Below are positions 1 through 12,521 of a DNA stretch of 64,000 nt, one piece after another. The notes beneath the pieces were generated by a model, which saw nothing but the letters and a program-made list of their open reading frames with translations, made no database searches and had not been told where the DNA came from. The position numbers and the translations under genes are program-made. Source of the stretch: Eledone cirrhosa (Eukaryota); NCBI GenBank assembly GCA_964016885.1, contig OZ024750.1, forward strand, positions 19,096,001 through 19,160,000, written 5' to 3'. Each line of letters starts with the position of its first letter. The first letter of the stretch is position 1.

Positions 1-59
1 TGCTACCTCTCTTTCACACATCACATATTATCATGTTTACAAAAGCCTAAAATGTCTAC

Positions 60-90
<31 letters not shown>

Positions 91-388
91 GTCGCTGTCG
101 CCCTCGTCATCGTTCAGTAGACGAGAGTTCTTCTCCTTTTTCGCAATGTCTTCGTATTGTCACAGATCTTGCTCTGTTATAGTTGTTGTAGGTGTATATG
201 GTATTCTAGGGACGCAGGAGTTGGGTGGAAGAAGGTCGCATTGCTTTTATTTATCCTGGGGCCGTAAGTTACAAATCTTTGCAAGGTTTTCAAAATATTG
301 TTTATCAGTATTTCCCATTTTTGCTCTGCGTTCTTCACACAAAAATATCGGTTTGACCTACATTTATCAATATTATTAGATAACCAGA

Positions 389-634
389 TACACACACACA
401 CTCATACGCATACACACATACACACACATATATATATATATGTAGATGTATTTATATATATAATATGTATATGCATACATACGCACACACACACATATAT
501 ATATATATATATGCATATATATATATGCATATATATATATGCATATATATATATGCATATATATATATATATATATATATATGCATATATATATATATAT
601 ATGCATATACATATATATATATATATATATATGC

Positions 635-678
<44 letters not shown>

Positions 679-726
679 GCATATACATATATATATATAT
701 ATGCATATATATATATATATATATGC

Positions 727-798
<72 letters not shown>

Positions 799-846
799 GC
801 ATATACATATATATATATATATGCATATATATATATATATATATGC

Positions 847-911
<65 letters not shown>

Positions 912-1039
912 GGTTGTATGTCTCCAGGCAAAATAGAAAGCAAGAACATAATTCGATTATTTCTTCCGACAAGTTCATATATATGTATGTATATATATAT
1001 ATATATACACATACATATGTATGAACTGTGTAATGTATG

Positions 1040-1120
<81 letters not shown>

Positions 1121-1240
1121 ACATATATATATATATATCATTATATATGTATATATCTCTCTCTCTCTATATATATAGCTATACATAAATATATAGATAT
1201 ACTTACATATATATATATATATTTACGCGCACACACACAA

Positions 1241-1278
<38 letters not shown>

Positions 1279-1330
1279 GCATATATATATATATATATAC
1301 ACACACATATATATGTATTCACACACACAC
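389..1330. repeat. Compound (TA)n/(CA)n/TGCA-interrupted microsatellite, one of dozens in the window
   Basis: Read directly; explains the YIYI/HTHT ORFs. Confidence 0.98.
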
Positions 1331-1431
1331 AGAGACACACATATAAATCGAATTAAGATAATAGAAAGGAGAATTCTTTCTGTCTTAATTTGTTTTACAC
1401 GCTGTGTTAAAATGACAATATTTCTTCTACT

Positions 1432-1597
1432 CATGTCGGACGCCATGTTTTCCAGCATAGAGTTACGTCCCTTTACGATCTGAGTTCAAATCCCGCCGAG
1501 GTTGACTTTGCCTTTCATCCTTACGGGGTCGATAAAATAAAGTACCAGTATTGCACTGGGATAATTGCTGGCCTTGTTCCAAAAGTAGAAACAATTA
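1432..1597 (+). mobile_element. tRNA-derived SINE, family 1 (Meta-domain-like core), 5' truncated
   Basis: B-box GAGTTCAAATCCC, core GACTTTGCCTTTCATCCTTACGGGGTCGATAAAATAAAGTACCAG, tail GTAGAAACAATTATT; more than 12 copies in the window. Confidence 0.85.
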
Positions 1598-1891
1598 TTT
1601 TATCATTTTTCTGAAAGCCAGTAGTCGTCTTATACACGCAACCCTCTTCTCTAGCCACTATCAATGTTGTTCAAAGGAAGGGTAAGAGCCGCTGCACCTT
1701 GTCGCTTCAGGCGAACTCAGAGACGAGTAAAATAGAGCATACATCATGCCTAAAGTAGAAACAAATATTTCTTCTACTCTTTAAAAGTCTCCTCACTATC
1801 TGTATAAACACATTGAGCTTAAATATTCTCAATCGTAGTTTTTCTTCAAGTAACACCATTTCTTCTTATATAAACATTTGGCAGTATCGGA

Positions 1892-2086
1892 AGGGCGGTG
1901 GATTGGCAGTATCGGTAGAGGAACGGACGCCATGCTTTGCAGCAAAGAGTTACGGCCCCTTATGGTCTGAGTTCAAATCCTGCCGAAGTTAACTTTGCCT
2001 TTCATCCTTACGGGATCGATAAAATAAAGTACCAATAATACACTGGGATAATTGATGGCCTTGTGCCAAAAGTAGAAACAATTATT
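1892..2086 (+). mobile_element. SINE family 1, full length
   Basis: Head GGGCGGTGGATTGGCAGTATCGGTAGAG (A-box-like), B-box, core and ATT tail. Confidence 0.9.
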
Positions 2087-2107
2087 AAAAACAATATATA
2101 TATATAA

Positions 2108-2231
2108 GGGCGGTAGATTAGCAGTATCGGTAGAGTGTCAGACACCTTGCTTTTCTGCATGGAGTTATGGCCCTTTGCGTCCTGAGTTCAAATCCCGCCG
2201 AGGTCAACTTTTCCTTTTCTTCCTTACGGTG
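2108..2231 (+). mobile_element. SINE family 1, 3' truncated
   Basis: Same head and B-box; breaks off in the core where the retroelement fragment begins. Confidence 0.85.
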
Positions 2232-2720
2232 TCAGAACAGAACTGCTTTAGAATCCCCTGCGCTGGTGTCATAAGAATATCTCGAAGACTATCACTATAC
2301 ATATTGTGCAAATATCATTCCGGCTCCTGGAGAGCAGAAAAGGTCACCTTTTCTGCTCTCCAGGAACAGGCCATTTGCATTCGTATATGGATTTCCAAAG
2401 AAACCTTTTTGGCACTGCCGCTTCAGCCTTCTCCTTTGCTTTCTTCTCTTAACTCACACGAGTTGGTAAAGGTGCTTCTTAACGCCATCGTATAAAATTT
2501 TTCAATGATGCTTTTTCTTTTTCATCTGCCTCAGTTTATCTACTCCTCAACGCCTTCTTCACCCTTCTAACCCCTTCTCTGAGGCGACCCCTCCAGCTTT
2601 TTGCCTTTGGCGCATTCTGCCGACCGTCTTCACTTGGTGTACCAAATATCTCACCCCTGTATAACATATCAACTCAGCTCATATATAAAGCTCTTTTTCC
2701 ACCTTCAACAAGCAGCCATT
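2232..2720 (-). pseudogene. Decayed RLE-type non-LTR retrotransposon fragment (HERO/R2-like, region just upstream of RT)
   Basis: Manual minus-strand translation ...RRKQRRRLKRQCQKVFFGNPYTNANGLFLESRKGD...YLHNMYSDSLRD resembles the basic F..(N/D)P(Y/F)...K.G.L...YSD segment of HERO-type ORFs; several stops. Confidence 0.55.
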
Positions 2721-2812
2721 TCTTCCTTTTATTTTACTATGTACACACACACACATACTACACACACACACACACACACACTACACACACACACACTACA
2801 CACACACACACA

Positions 2813-2869
<57 letters not shown>

Positions 2870-3674
2870 TACAGATACACACACACATACACGCACACAG
2901 ATACACACACATATACACACATATGAAGAAACGATTTTAGTTCGTTACTTAGGCACAGGTTATTTTTGTTTTAAATAAATATTACCGGGACTTATTTAAT
3001 CAACCCCTTTATTTTATCAAATGTGGAGCGACAGAAATAAATTTTGTGATGTTCTACACTATAAAACACTTTACTGTAATTCGCTGTAATGTAAGTCGGT
3101 CTGTTATAAAACACTTTCTCTCGTTTTCTCTCTCAATCATACAAAGAGACAAAAGTAACAAGAAAAGAAAACAAAATATAGTATAAGAACTAACACTTGG
3201 AAACTTTATTATGGATAAATGTCTAGGTTATTTTATATTTTATATTATAACCGCTTCTTTTTAAACCCGAAAGTTTATTCACCCAGTCGTGATTTTAAAC
3301 CTATATATCAACTAAATTTAATGGTTACAAACATTTACGATTACAAATAGTGTTTCTTTTTCCCTCCATAAAATTCTATCAACTTAACCGTTCAATGTAT
3401 TTAAAAATTTAGAAAACGTAGCGAATTTTTTCCTCTTACGTCGATTAGAAAAAAAGAAAGAAAAATGGCTTCTTTCGAATGGTGGTGTCTTTTCTGTTTT
3501 TTTGCCAATGTCTTTTAAACGTATTTAAATGTGTCTTCTTCGTTTAAATCATGAAATACTTTATGTAGATTAATGTTTACTCAGACCGAAGAAACCGAAC
3601 AAAACAAAAATAGTCAAAAGATTAAATAAAAAAACTATTTATCTTATCTAACTATCTATTTATCTGCCTGATGT

Positions 3675-3723
<49 letters not shown>

Positions 3724-3966
3724 CCCTTCTCTCTCTCTGTATATATATATATAAGTATGTATACGTACATACATATATGTATACAGACGTACAGTAGTAT
3801 GTATATATATATATATATATACATACATGCACATATATATATATGTACGTATGGATTCACCGAACATTTATTATAATGCTCGGTGTGTTTGTAAACAAAC
3901 ATCCCGAATTAAGCCGTACAGTGTCTAGCAACTATCGTTACTCATTTGTTCAACATTGACAAAGGA

Positions 3967-4009
3967 ACGCTGTACTAGTTTCAAGCTTATTACCTATCGT
4001 CAGCAACGT
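3967..4009 (-). ncRNA. Minimal type-I hammerhead ribozyme, family A
   Basis: Reverse complement of the 4201-4243 motif with one stem II mismatch. Confidence 0.8.
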
Positions 4010-4200
4010 ATACCTTCCTGCCAGATGATTGAACGTCTGAAAGTATATACTTTCCTTATGCATATTAACGGCTGAGCACCCTAATTTGCATATCGAGTGA
4101 GTTAATCGGCCGGAGTACCGAAAACGATAAACGGAAAAAATGAAACTAAATTTCATTTCTCACTCTTAGTACGGCTGTTACTTAAATATAAGGAAGGTAT

Positions 4201-4243
4201 ACGTTGCTGACGATAGCTAATAAGCTTGAAACTAGTACAGCGT
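4201..4243 (+). ncRNA. Minimal type-I hammerhead ribozyme, family A
   Basis: ACGTTG-CTGACGA-T-AGCT(AATA)AGCT-T-GAAA-CTAG-TA^-CAGCGT: intact core, 6-bp stem I, 4-bp stem II, palindromic stem III ACTAGT, GUA triplet. Confidence 0.88.
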
Positions 4244-4516
4244 TCCTTTGTCAGTGTTGAACAAAAGGGCAACGATGGTTGCTAGACACTGTACGGCTTA
4301 ATTCGGGATGTTTGTTTACAAACACACCGAGCATTATAATAAATGTTCGGCGAATCCATACGTACATATATATATGTGTGCATGTATGTATATATATATA
4401 CATACTACTGTACGTCTGTATACATATATGTATGTACGTGTACATACTTATATTTAAGTAACAGCCGTACTAAGAGTGAGAAATGAAATTTCGTTTCATT
4501 TTTTCCGTTTATATAA

Positions 4517-4619
<103 letters not shown>

Positions 4620-4994
4620 GACCTAGCGACCTTGCCTAAAATTCAAAGTCACTGCTACTTTTCTCATCAGAACATAAAATTTACACTCTACCTCTACATA
4701 CACATATTGAGTGTTGTCTTCATTCAGTTAATATTTGATTGCTTTCTATCTAAATATTTATGTTTGAAACATTCTTAGTTCAAACAGTTTAGAATCAACG
4801 GTACGTCTGAGTTCCTCGTTTCGGTTATCTCATCTGGTTAGTTCATCTGGAACAATGGTTGAAAAGATGCATATGCGATTCCTTGTATATCATATTCAAA
4901 TAAACATAAATAACAATACATATTGAAAACAATAAAATAATCGTGTAAATCCACAATAGCCAAATAGAAATATGTATAGTTATGCCCATACATA

Positions 4995-5270
4995 CCGGGC
5001 TTTGCGTTGTGTTCTTGAACAAGACACTTTATTTCACGTTGCTTCAGTTCATTCAGCTGTAGAAATGAGTTGCGACGTCACTGGTGTCAAGCTGTATCGG
5101 CCATTGCCTTTCCCTTGAACAACATCGGTGGCATGGAATGGTGAGGCTGGTATGCATGGGTGACTGTTGGTCTTCTACAAACAACCTTGCCCAGACTTGT
5201 GTCTCGGAGGGGAACTTTCTAGGTGTAAATCCCATGGTCATTCGTGACCGAAGGGGCTATTTACCCGCTC
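4995..5270 (+). mobile_element. SINE family 2 (CORE-like domain), 5' truncated
   Basis: GTGTTCTTGAACAAGACACTTTATTTCACGTTGCTTCAGTTCATTCAGCTGTAGAAATG resembles the CORE domain; related copies near 1640-1740(-), 9420-9600(-), 21380-21720(-), 28659-28980(+), 32935-33190(+), 54860-55080(+). Confidence 0.75.
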
Positions 5271-5612
5271 TATCTATAGGTGGACTTAACAGCTAAAGGA
5301 AAAGAGCAGTGTATTGGAAGAATTGGTAGAGCATCGGTGTTGTACATTGTGAATTTAAGTTTCACGAAACTCAACTTTGCCTCTCGCTCTTCCTTTGGTT
5401 TCAGGGACGGATCCGTACACCCACGTCTTATCTCCAGTTATCAGGGCATTCAGGAATTCAGGATGCTTGTTGGCAGCAGTATCAGACGAAAAGAAAATGC
5501 GACAACTAAATAGGACAGCGTCTCATACGCTGGCTGCTTGACAGTGATTGACGCATCCTGTGAGCTCACGAAAAAAAAACAAAAAAAAAAAAACGAAACA
5601 CACAAACGAACA

Positions 5613-5658
<46 letters not shown>

Positions 5659-6239
5659 TTCCTGACACCATTACTTCCTACAAGAAAAATAGAAAGTCGG
5701 ATATTTTTTTTGACAAACCTTGTACTCTAACACACCTATTTTGAGCGTTGGAAGTGTGTTTTTTTTCCAACTCATATTTATTTTTTATTTTTATGTCTTT
5801 TGTTTTGCGGAAATGGACGCTGAACATAGGGAAAAACAAACAAATATCTACCGTTGTGAAATTGGTAAAACTCTATTATCATTCTTTGACATCAAACGGA
5901 AATGATGTCATATAAAATACTGAAACTGGGAGAGCGTGACTACCTTGTATGAATGTCACTATTTTGACGTATCTCTCATGAAGGTTAGGAAGCCTCTCCA
6001 TCTTCCATTAGTTTATAACCCAGATAGCCTTCATCACACAGACATACATAGGCATTCATGCACACACAAACATCTACACGTGCACGCATGTACACATGCA
6101 CACATGTACACATCTAGATATGTACACGTGCATGCATGCACACTTGTATACACGCATGCATATACATATGCACACACGCTGTCTGTTTTTAGTGTGCATT
6201 TATGTAGGTGTATGTATCTATCTATCAGTTAATTTGTCG

Positions 6240-6270
<31 letters not shown>

Positions 6271-6383
6271 CAATAAAGAAAGATATCTATCTATCTATTA
6301 ATGTTATATGATTTTTATGTAAAACCCCCGCCGTCACATCTTGTAATGTCCCATTTTTTCTACGCCCTTGTGGCAAATAAAGA

Positions 6384-6385
<2 letters not shown>
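6271..6385 (+). mobile_element. Two 3'-end stubs of the Tx1/L1-type LINE inside a (TATC)n tract
   Basis: Matches 37960-38055 (...TACGCCCTTGTGGCAAATAAAG); a shorter CAATAAAGAAAGATATC stub precedes it. Confidence 0.8.
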
Positions 6386-6427
<42 letters not shown>

Positions 6428-6429
<2 letters not shown>

Positions 6430-6435
6430 CAGTAG

Positions 6436-6476
<41 letters not shown>

Positions 6477-6663
6477 GCACACATATATGTATGTACGTAC
6501 GGATTCACCGAACATTTATTATAATGCTCGGTGTGTTTGTAAACAAACATCCCGTATTAAGCCGTAGTGTCTAGCAACCATCGTTGCTCGTTTGTTCAAC
6601 ACTGACAAAGAAACAGCCGTACTAAGAGTGGGAAATGAAATTTCGTTTCATTTTTTCCGTTTA
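6428..6663. mobile_element. Family A fragment with internal inversion, ribozyme core absent
   Basis: Minus segment 6428-6610 fused to the plus-strand terminal segment 6612-6663, both matching 3750-4512. Confidence 0.8.
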
Positions 6664-7109
6664 TATATATATATCTTTGAATCTATTTATCTATCTTTCT
6701 ATCTACGTATTTAAAGAGAGAAAGAGAGAGATAGAGAGAGAGCGAGAGCGAGAGAGAGAGAGAGAGAGAAATATATATATAGAGCGAGAAAGATAAGGTG
6801 TTACTAAGTGAAAACAAGTAAGACTATTATTCAACTTAGTACTTCAAACTTCAAAGAAAGTAGAGAAGTAGAGTGTAGCTATCATTTAAAACATTAAGCC
6901 CTGCGGTCAAGCTTAAACCAATATTTCGATATTTTACACACACAGTCTCATAGGAAGTCAACCACATAGGTCAAGGTTTATTAGAGTCTGATCATAAGAA
7001 TACAATAGGTATTGGATTTACATTCCTTGTTAAAGAACAAATATATCAGCACAAACAGACCAAATCATATAAAGAGATATATTGATTCTACGTATTTCCT
7101 ATTCACCGA

Positions 7110-7478
7110 TCTTTTATTTTTGAACGAAAATATAATATAACCGGTTTATGAAAACAACCACAAGGATATGGTCCGAACGTGGAAGAGCCGAACTCCCACT
7201 GTCATCGCCTCCATCTCTCTCGCCCTCCCCATCTCTCCGCATGGTGAGCAAATGGGGTCTCACGTGCTGGCCTCCCCACAGCCCCGGACTGAATAGAGAA
7301 GGCGTTTCCACGGAGGATGGTAAGGGAGATGCGCTGGTAGAGCCATGCCAACTCGCGAGGCTCACACCTGCGGCTGGCCAGCTCAGCGCCTATGGTGGTG
7401 AGTAGGGAGGTAGCCCTAGGGCCAAGGACACTAGAAGTCTCCACTGCCAAGGGCATGACCGCAAACCAGTCGGAGAGT
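7110..7478 (-). mobile_element. 3' end of a CRE-clade (RLE) non-LTR retrotransposon
   Basis: ORF 7202-7456: MPLAVETSSVLGPRA..LLTTIG..L...EPRELAWLYQRISLTILRGNA matches the CRE C-terminal P.A.ET.G...QR.S....RGNA pattern; AATAAA at the 3' end. Confidence 0.8.
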
Positions 7479-7479
7479 G

Positions 7480-7552
<73 letters not shown>

Positions 7553-7557
<5 letters not shown>

Positions 7558-7656
7558 AAAGGTAAACAGAAATAACAACACAATCAGTACAGTATATGGG
7601 AGGAATATATTAGTTTAACGCTTGAAATAGCAAAAAGAAGGTCTTAATTTTTCGGA
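7553..7656 (-). mobile_element. Truncated copy of hammerhead family I
   Basis: Matches 43210-43315; truncated inside ribozyme stem II; flanked by (TA)n. Confidence 0.7.
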
Positions 7657-7661
7657 CACTA

Positions 7662-7704
<43 letters not shown>

Positions 7705-7754
7705 ATTGTGTCTACCATTATTATATTCCTTTATTAGATAATTTTTATACAATT

Positions 7755-7814
7755 AACACCTGATGATGTCACCAGGATCCTACGGAACCTGGTAATTGAA
7801 ATGTGCATAGTGTT
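7755..7814 (+). ncRNA. Minimal hammerhead, family B (insert 7702-7873 in (TA)n)
   Basis: AACAC-CTGATGA-[ACCAGG..TCC(TAC)GGA..CCTGGT]-GAAA-TGTGCA-TA^-GTGTT then AATAAA; homologue with deleted core at ~36625-36770(-). Confidence 0.8.
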
Positions 7815-7871
7815 TGTAATAAATCTTTGAAGGAATTTCACCAGTCCAGCCCCCTGTCATTTTACTCAATA

Positions 7872-7905
<34 letters not shown>

Positions 7906-7906
<1 letters not shown>

Positions 7907-7984
7907 CAGGGTTTCCCCCCAAAAATGTATAAACACTTCAACACCATTCTAAATATGTGTATATGTCTTTTGGGACACCTTGTG
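7906..7984. mobile_element. Tc1/mariner-type MITE remnant
   Basis: TA-CAGGG(T)...GGGACACC(C/T)TG ends; same terminus twice at 43480-43513 and 43570-43605. Confidence 0.55.
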
Positions 7985-8040
7985 TATATGTATATATATG
8001 TATGTTTTTATCTCCCTTAAGTATAGAATGCTGTTGAATA

Positions 8041-8094
<54 letters not shown>

Positions 8095-8628
8095 ATGCGT
8101 GCGTGTGCGTGTGTGCCCTAACATGGCCTCAGCCTGATGGCTGGAACAGGTAAAAGAGTAATATATATAAATATATATATATACATATATAAGTAAATAT
8201 GTATATGTATACATGTATCTATCGTTGTATCACTCCCCACTGCCACACCACCTAGAGGTGAACCTTGTACAATTTCATTTCCCAATCTATTTCATTTACG
8301 TCACTATTTGATTTACATTACTTGGGATAATATGAAATAAATAAATAAATACATAAAAAGCTTTTAGACACGCGGGACATAATTCTATTTTGGTTGCAAA
8401 TGTGCAACAGTTAGATGCAACAACACACCTATATAACTGCACTTAAAATTTGTCTTATGCCTTTTTTTTTGTTTGACATTTGCAGTTTATTGTTGGGTGA
8501 AAGTTAAGTAAGCGACATTTTGTACCCCCCCCCCGCCAAAAAACAAAAAAAAACAAAAACAAACAAAACAAAACAACAATTGCATAGTAGAAAAACGAAA
8601 TTAGTGTTATTACAGAATACTAACGTAG

Positions 8629-8667
<39 letters not shown>

Positions 8668-9143
8668 GGGAGAGGCGGTTTTCCTATGTGTTATGGCTAT
8701 GGTGAAAGAGGTTATATGGTGGACGGGGTTAAAAGGGCTGAGGTCAGACACCTTTCTCTCCGGCGAGCAACTGATTCGTTTTTTCAAATATCATTTTGGA
8801 AGAAGAATCAGGATGGAGAAAGAGGTGCTGTACCCCAGCAAATTTTATAAAAGGTGGGTGAATGTGGGAAAGATGGCCCGAGTGGTTTGGCCTTCTCTCT
8901 ATATAAGCCTGTAGGTTGAGGAAAAAGAGGAAGAGAGGAAGGGAGTACTCACTCTTGGTGCTCCTGGAGATGTGGGTTGTACATTTTTTCGGGGTGTGTA
9001 TAACCCCTGTGTAACGCCTCCCCCCTATTGGGGATTTCAATTGTTATTTGTTATTTTATTAATAGTTTTATTTTCATATACCTGTATGTAAACTCCCCAT
9101 TTGTATTTGTCCCCTTCTTTTATGCCCTTGTGGCTAATAAAGA
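8668..9143 (+). mobile_element. Tx1/L1-type LINE 3' fragment in (CTAT)n
   Basis: MAMVKEVIWWTGLKGLRSDTFLSGEQLIRFFKYH is homologous to 37570-37815; shared 3' UTR ending TGTGGCTAATAAAG. Confidence 0.85.
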
Positions 9144-9204
9144 CATTTATCTATCTATCTATCTATCTATCTATATATCTATCAATCTGCCTATCTATCT
9201 ATAC

Positions 9205-9400
9205 ACCATACACTATTTACTCTATACAATCGTGCACTATACACTATACACTATATAGTACGTACATTATACACTATATACTATATACTCTATACAATCG
9301 TGCACTATACACTATACACTATATACTATATAGTACGTACATTATACACTATATACTATATACTCTATACAATCGTGCACTATACACTATACACTATATA
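9205..9400. repeat. ~70-bp minisatellite, about 3 copies
   Basis: CTCTATACAATCGTGCACTATACACTATA recurs at ~9220, ~9288, ~9363. Confidence 0.9.
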
Positions 9401-10706
9401 TAATATTATCCAAGAGAAAGTCAAAAGAGAAAGTCCAGTTGGCACCAGTGTCGTCGCAAGTCATTTTCCTCAGCTGAATCAACTGGAGCAGCATGAAATA
9501 AAGAATCTTGCTTAAGGACACAACGCAACTTCTGATCCAGGAATCAAACTCACAACTTTTTAATCGAAAGTCCAGTTCCCTAACCGCTAAGCCACCCACC
9601 TTCAGTTCGATTATGAAAAATAATATGATGAAAAATACAATAATATTTGCGTAAACGGTCGATTGCAGATTCCATCCCATTGCCAACAGATACACAGCGA
9701 TTATTTCTATTCTTTTCTTATAAATAACTTTGCAACGTATCTTATAGAAGCACACGTTTCATTGTAAACGATGATAATAGGAAATGTTCACAGTCAAACA
9801 TATCTAGCTTGAAGCCATATCAGAACTTGCCACTTTATTATTTTTACCTCATCTGATTTAATATAGAAAACGTATAAATACATTTGTTAAGAAGAGAGCA
9901 AGACTTGCGGCCACCTTTAAATTCGTCTTCGATGAAAGAAGAACTTAAAATAAGACATAATAAAGAACGAAAATGCACAAAATGAAATGAAAATCTAAGA
10001 TAAAATCTAAAAGACGCTTGGTTACGCGACTCAAAGACAAATGATTAACTGTGAGAAAATGTTAAAATAACTGGGAAGGTTTGAATACCTTAGAACACAG
10101 ATCCCCAAACATTCTTTTTAGGCAATATATTTTATCAACACCACTCCCCACCACCACATAGAAAAGTTCATAAAAAAATATGTACTGAATATCAAATGTT
10201 AATTTTTAAATTTTAGTTTATATGAAGCATTGTAAAAAATATGGTTAGAATTGTTTTGGGAGAATCAGTACAATAAAGTTAAAAATACAGCTGTGAAAAC
10301 AGCAGAATAAGAAAAACAAAAGAACAATTTACACTTGTACTTTCTATTTCATAATATTTCGGGTAAGAATCAATTTTTCAAAGGAAAGCTAATGGTGATA
10401 GTTTTACGAGCAACTAATTAATTGTATATTTTGGCTCTTTCCTCTCTCAATACTCACCCCGTTGTGAAATTAAACCCGAAGCCTCACAACATTACATCTC
10501 TACTCTCTGATATGAAATTTTTATATACAACGGATGGTCTTAAATAAATCTTTGATTACATCTGTAATCGATTCTGCATCATCTGATTTAAAATTACAAT
10601 TCCTCAAAAAATTGTCTAATAGTTTACATTGCCCATTTTTCTGAACCTAAAATATATGTGTCTATATCTACAATTAATGTATATCTAATGTGTCTGCTAA
10701 AATAAT

Positions 10707-11014
10707 TGTTTCTACTTTTGGCACAAGGCCAGCAATTGTATCAGTGCATTACTGGTGCTTTATTTTATCGACCTCGTAATAATGAAAAGCAAAGTTAACC
10801 TCGATTTGAACTCAGAACGTTTAAGGGCCATAACTCTATGCTGCAAAGCATGGTGTCTGACGTTTTACCGATACTGCCAATCCACCACCCTTATATCTGA
10901 TAAAATAATGGTTTCTAATTTTGGCACAAGGCCAGCAATTAACCCAGTGTATTACTGGTACTTTATTTTATCGACCCCGTAAGGATGAAAGGCAAAGTTA
11001 ACCCCGGCGGGATT
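10707..11014 (-). mobile_element. Two tandem SINE family 1 copies at one target site
   Basis: Copies 10707-10890 and 10910-11014; target-like TGATAAAATAAT variants at 10693, 10896 and 11015. Confidence 0.85.
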
Positions 11015-12169
11015 TGATAAAATGATACAAAGTAATTATTACTGACATAAAAAATTAATAGCTACTATGAAAACATTTTTTATTTAATCATTTATATTTT
11101 ACCAATATAAAAATAAAAAAAATTAAAATTTACCAGAAATATTATGGTACACAGGCGACGGACTTCATCAAGCCATCAACTGGGTTTTTATTTGACATAA
11201 TTTTTGAATGGGTGATGCTATTTATTGTTTCAACAAACTCAAATACCCTATTTTTTTTACTAAGCCAACTAAATGCCTTATTTCGTACTCCTCCTCCAGA
11301 TTACCTTCTTTTTAACTACGCCAAATATATGTCCTATTTTTTATTACACCAACTCAAATGGATTGCATTACTATGTCAACTCAATGCTTCATGTTTTACT
11401 ACGCTAACTTAATACATTATTTTTACTACTATAATTCAATGTATCGTTTTTACTAGATAAAATATTCAACTTTATCATCATGTATACATTTCTTAAAAAT
11501 GTATATTGTTCATCGAAGCGTTTTTCTGAATTATAAATAACATATTGTTAATAAAAGATATTTACAGCATTTACCTTAAAAGCCTTTATTTTTTGACTTA
11601 TGTTCTTCTCACTTTATCTGAAATTTCCCCCAAAGTACCTTTTTAATGGTTGAATTATTCTGTTTCTAAGAATTTTTTGGCAGCAGAAATATGTTGCTTC
11701 AGTGATAAATGCCTTTTCAGGTAATTTTCTTTTCAGCAGTCACTGTATGTTTTTCCACTAGTAAACATTAGAAATATTTGCTTCACTACAAAGTTTCATA
11801 TAAAACGTTGATTTTCATCTTATTGGAAGGTTTCTTTCGACTGAATTACTATACGAGTCTTGATTTTTACTGTTTCTATTTCAGTGTTTGTGTTAAAGCA
11901 ATCTTTCTGAAGCTCTACTTTTGTTACATTCAATTTATTTATTTACTATTTTCATATATTATTCGAACTATTATTATTACGCCTATTTTTATTGTTTCCC
12001 TGATGGAAAGAAAAGAAAAAGATATAAGTATGCATATCGTTTTCATATATACTACTTTTACTAATAAAGATTATTTTGATAATAGTTTATTAACCTTAAC
12101 TAATTACAAAGTTATTCAGGAACATCAATATAATTTCCACCATTTTCATTCATTATTATTTTTAATCCG

Positions 12170-12521
12170 AGGGCGGTGAATTGGCAGTATCGGTAGAAGG
12201 TCGGACGCCATGCTTTGACGGCCCTTGCCATTCTGAGTTCAAATCCCGCCGAGTTTAACTTTGCCTTTCATCCTTACGGGGTCGATAAAATAAAGTACCA
12301 GTAATACACTGGGTAATTGCTGGCCTTGTGCCAAGAGTAGAAACAATTATTATTTTTAATCCATTCATTATTATTTTAAAAGGGCGGTGGATTGGCAGTA
12401 TCGGTAGAGGGTCTGACACCATGCTTCGCAGCAGAGTTACGACCCGGCGCATAAAGGGACGTAACTCTTTGCTGCAAAGCATGGCGTCAGACCCTCTACC
12501 GATACTACCAATCCACCACCC
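12170..12521. mobile_element. SINE family 1 copy (+, TSD ATTATTATTTTTAATCC) followed by an inverted pair of SINE heads
   Basis: 12170-12350 is full length; 12381-12445 and 12455-12521 are reverse complements. Confidence 0.85.

Larger units (their letters stand above)
3750..4512. mobile_element. Hammerhead-carrying non-autonomous Penelope/retrozyme-like element (family A), inverted dimer
   Basis: Minus-strand ~437-bp unit 3750-4192 joined to a plus-strand partial copy 4191-4512; TA repeats on both sides; more copies at 6428-6663 and 16085-16482. Confidence 0.8.

Noticed and set aside
60-340. Minus-strand protein-like frame ([14 protein letters not shown]...DDEGDSDEEEE)
   Set aside because: Two in-frame stops and no recognisable family; the acidic end is a GAA repeat.
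1892-1985. tRNA-like A/B boxes, here and at other SINE heads
   Set aside because: No cloverleaf; followed by SINE body and tail.
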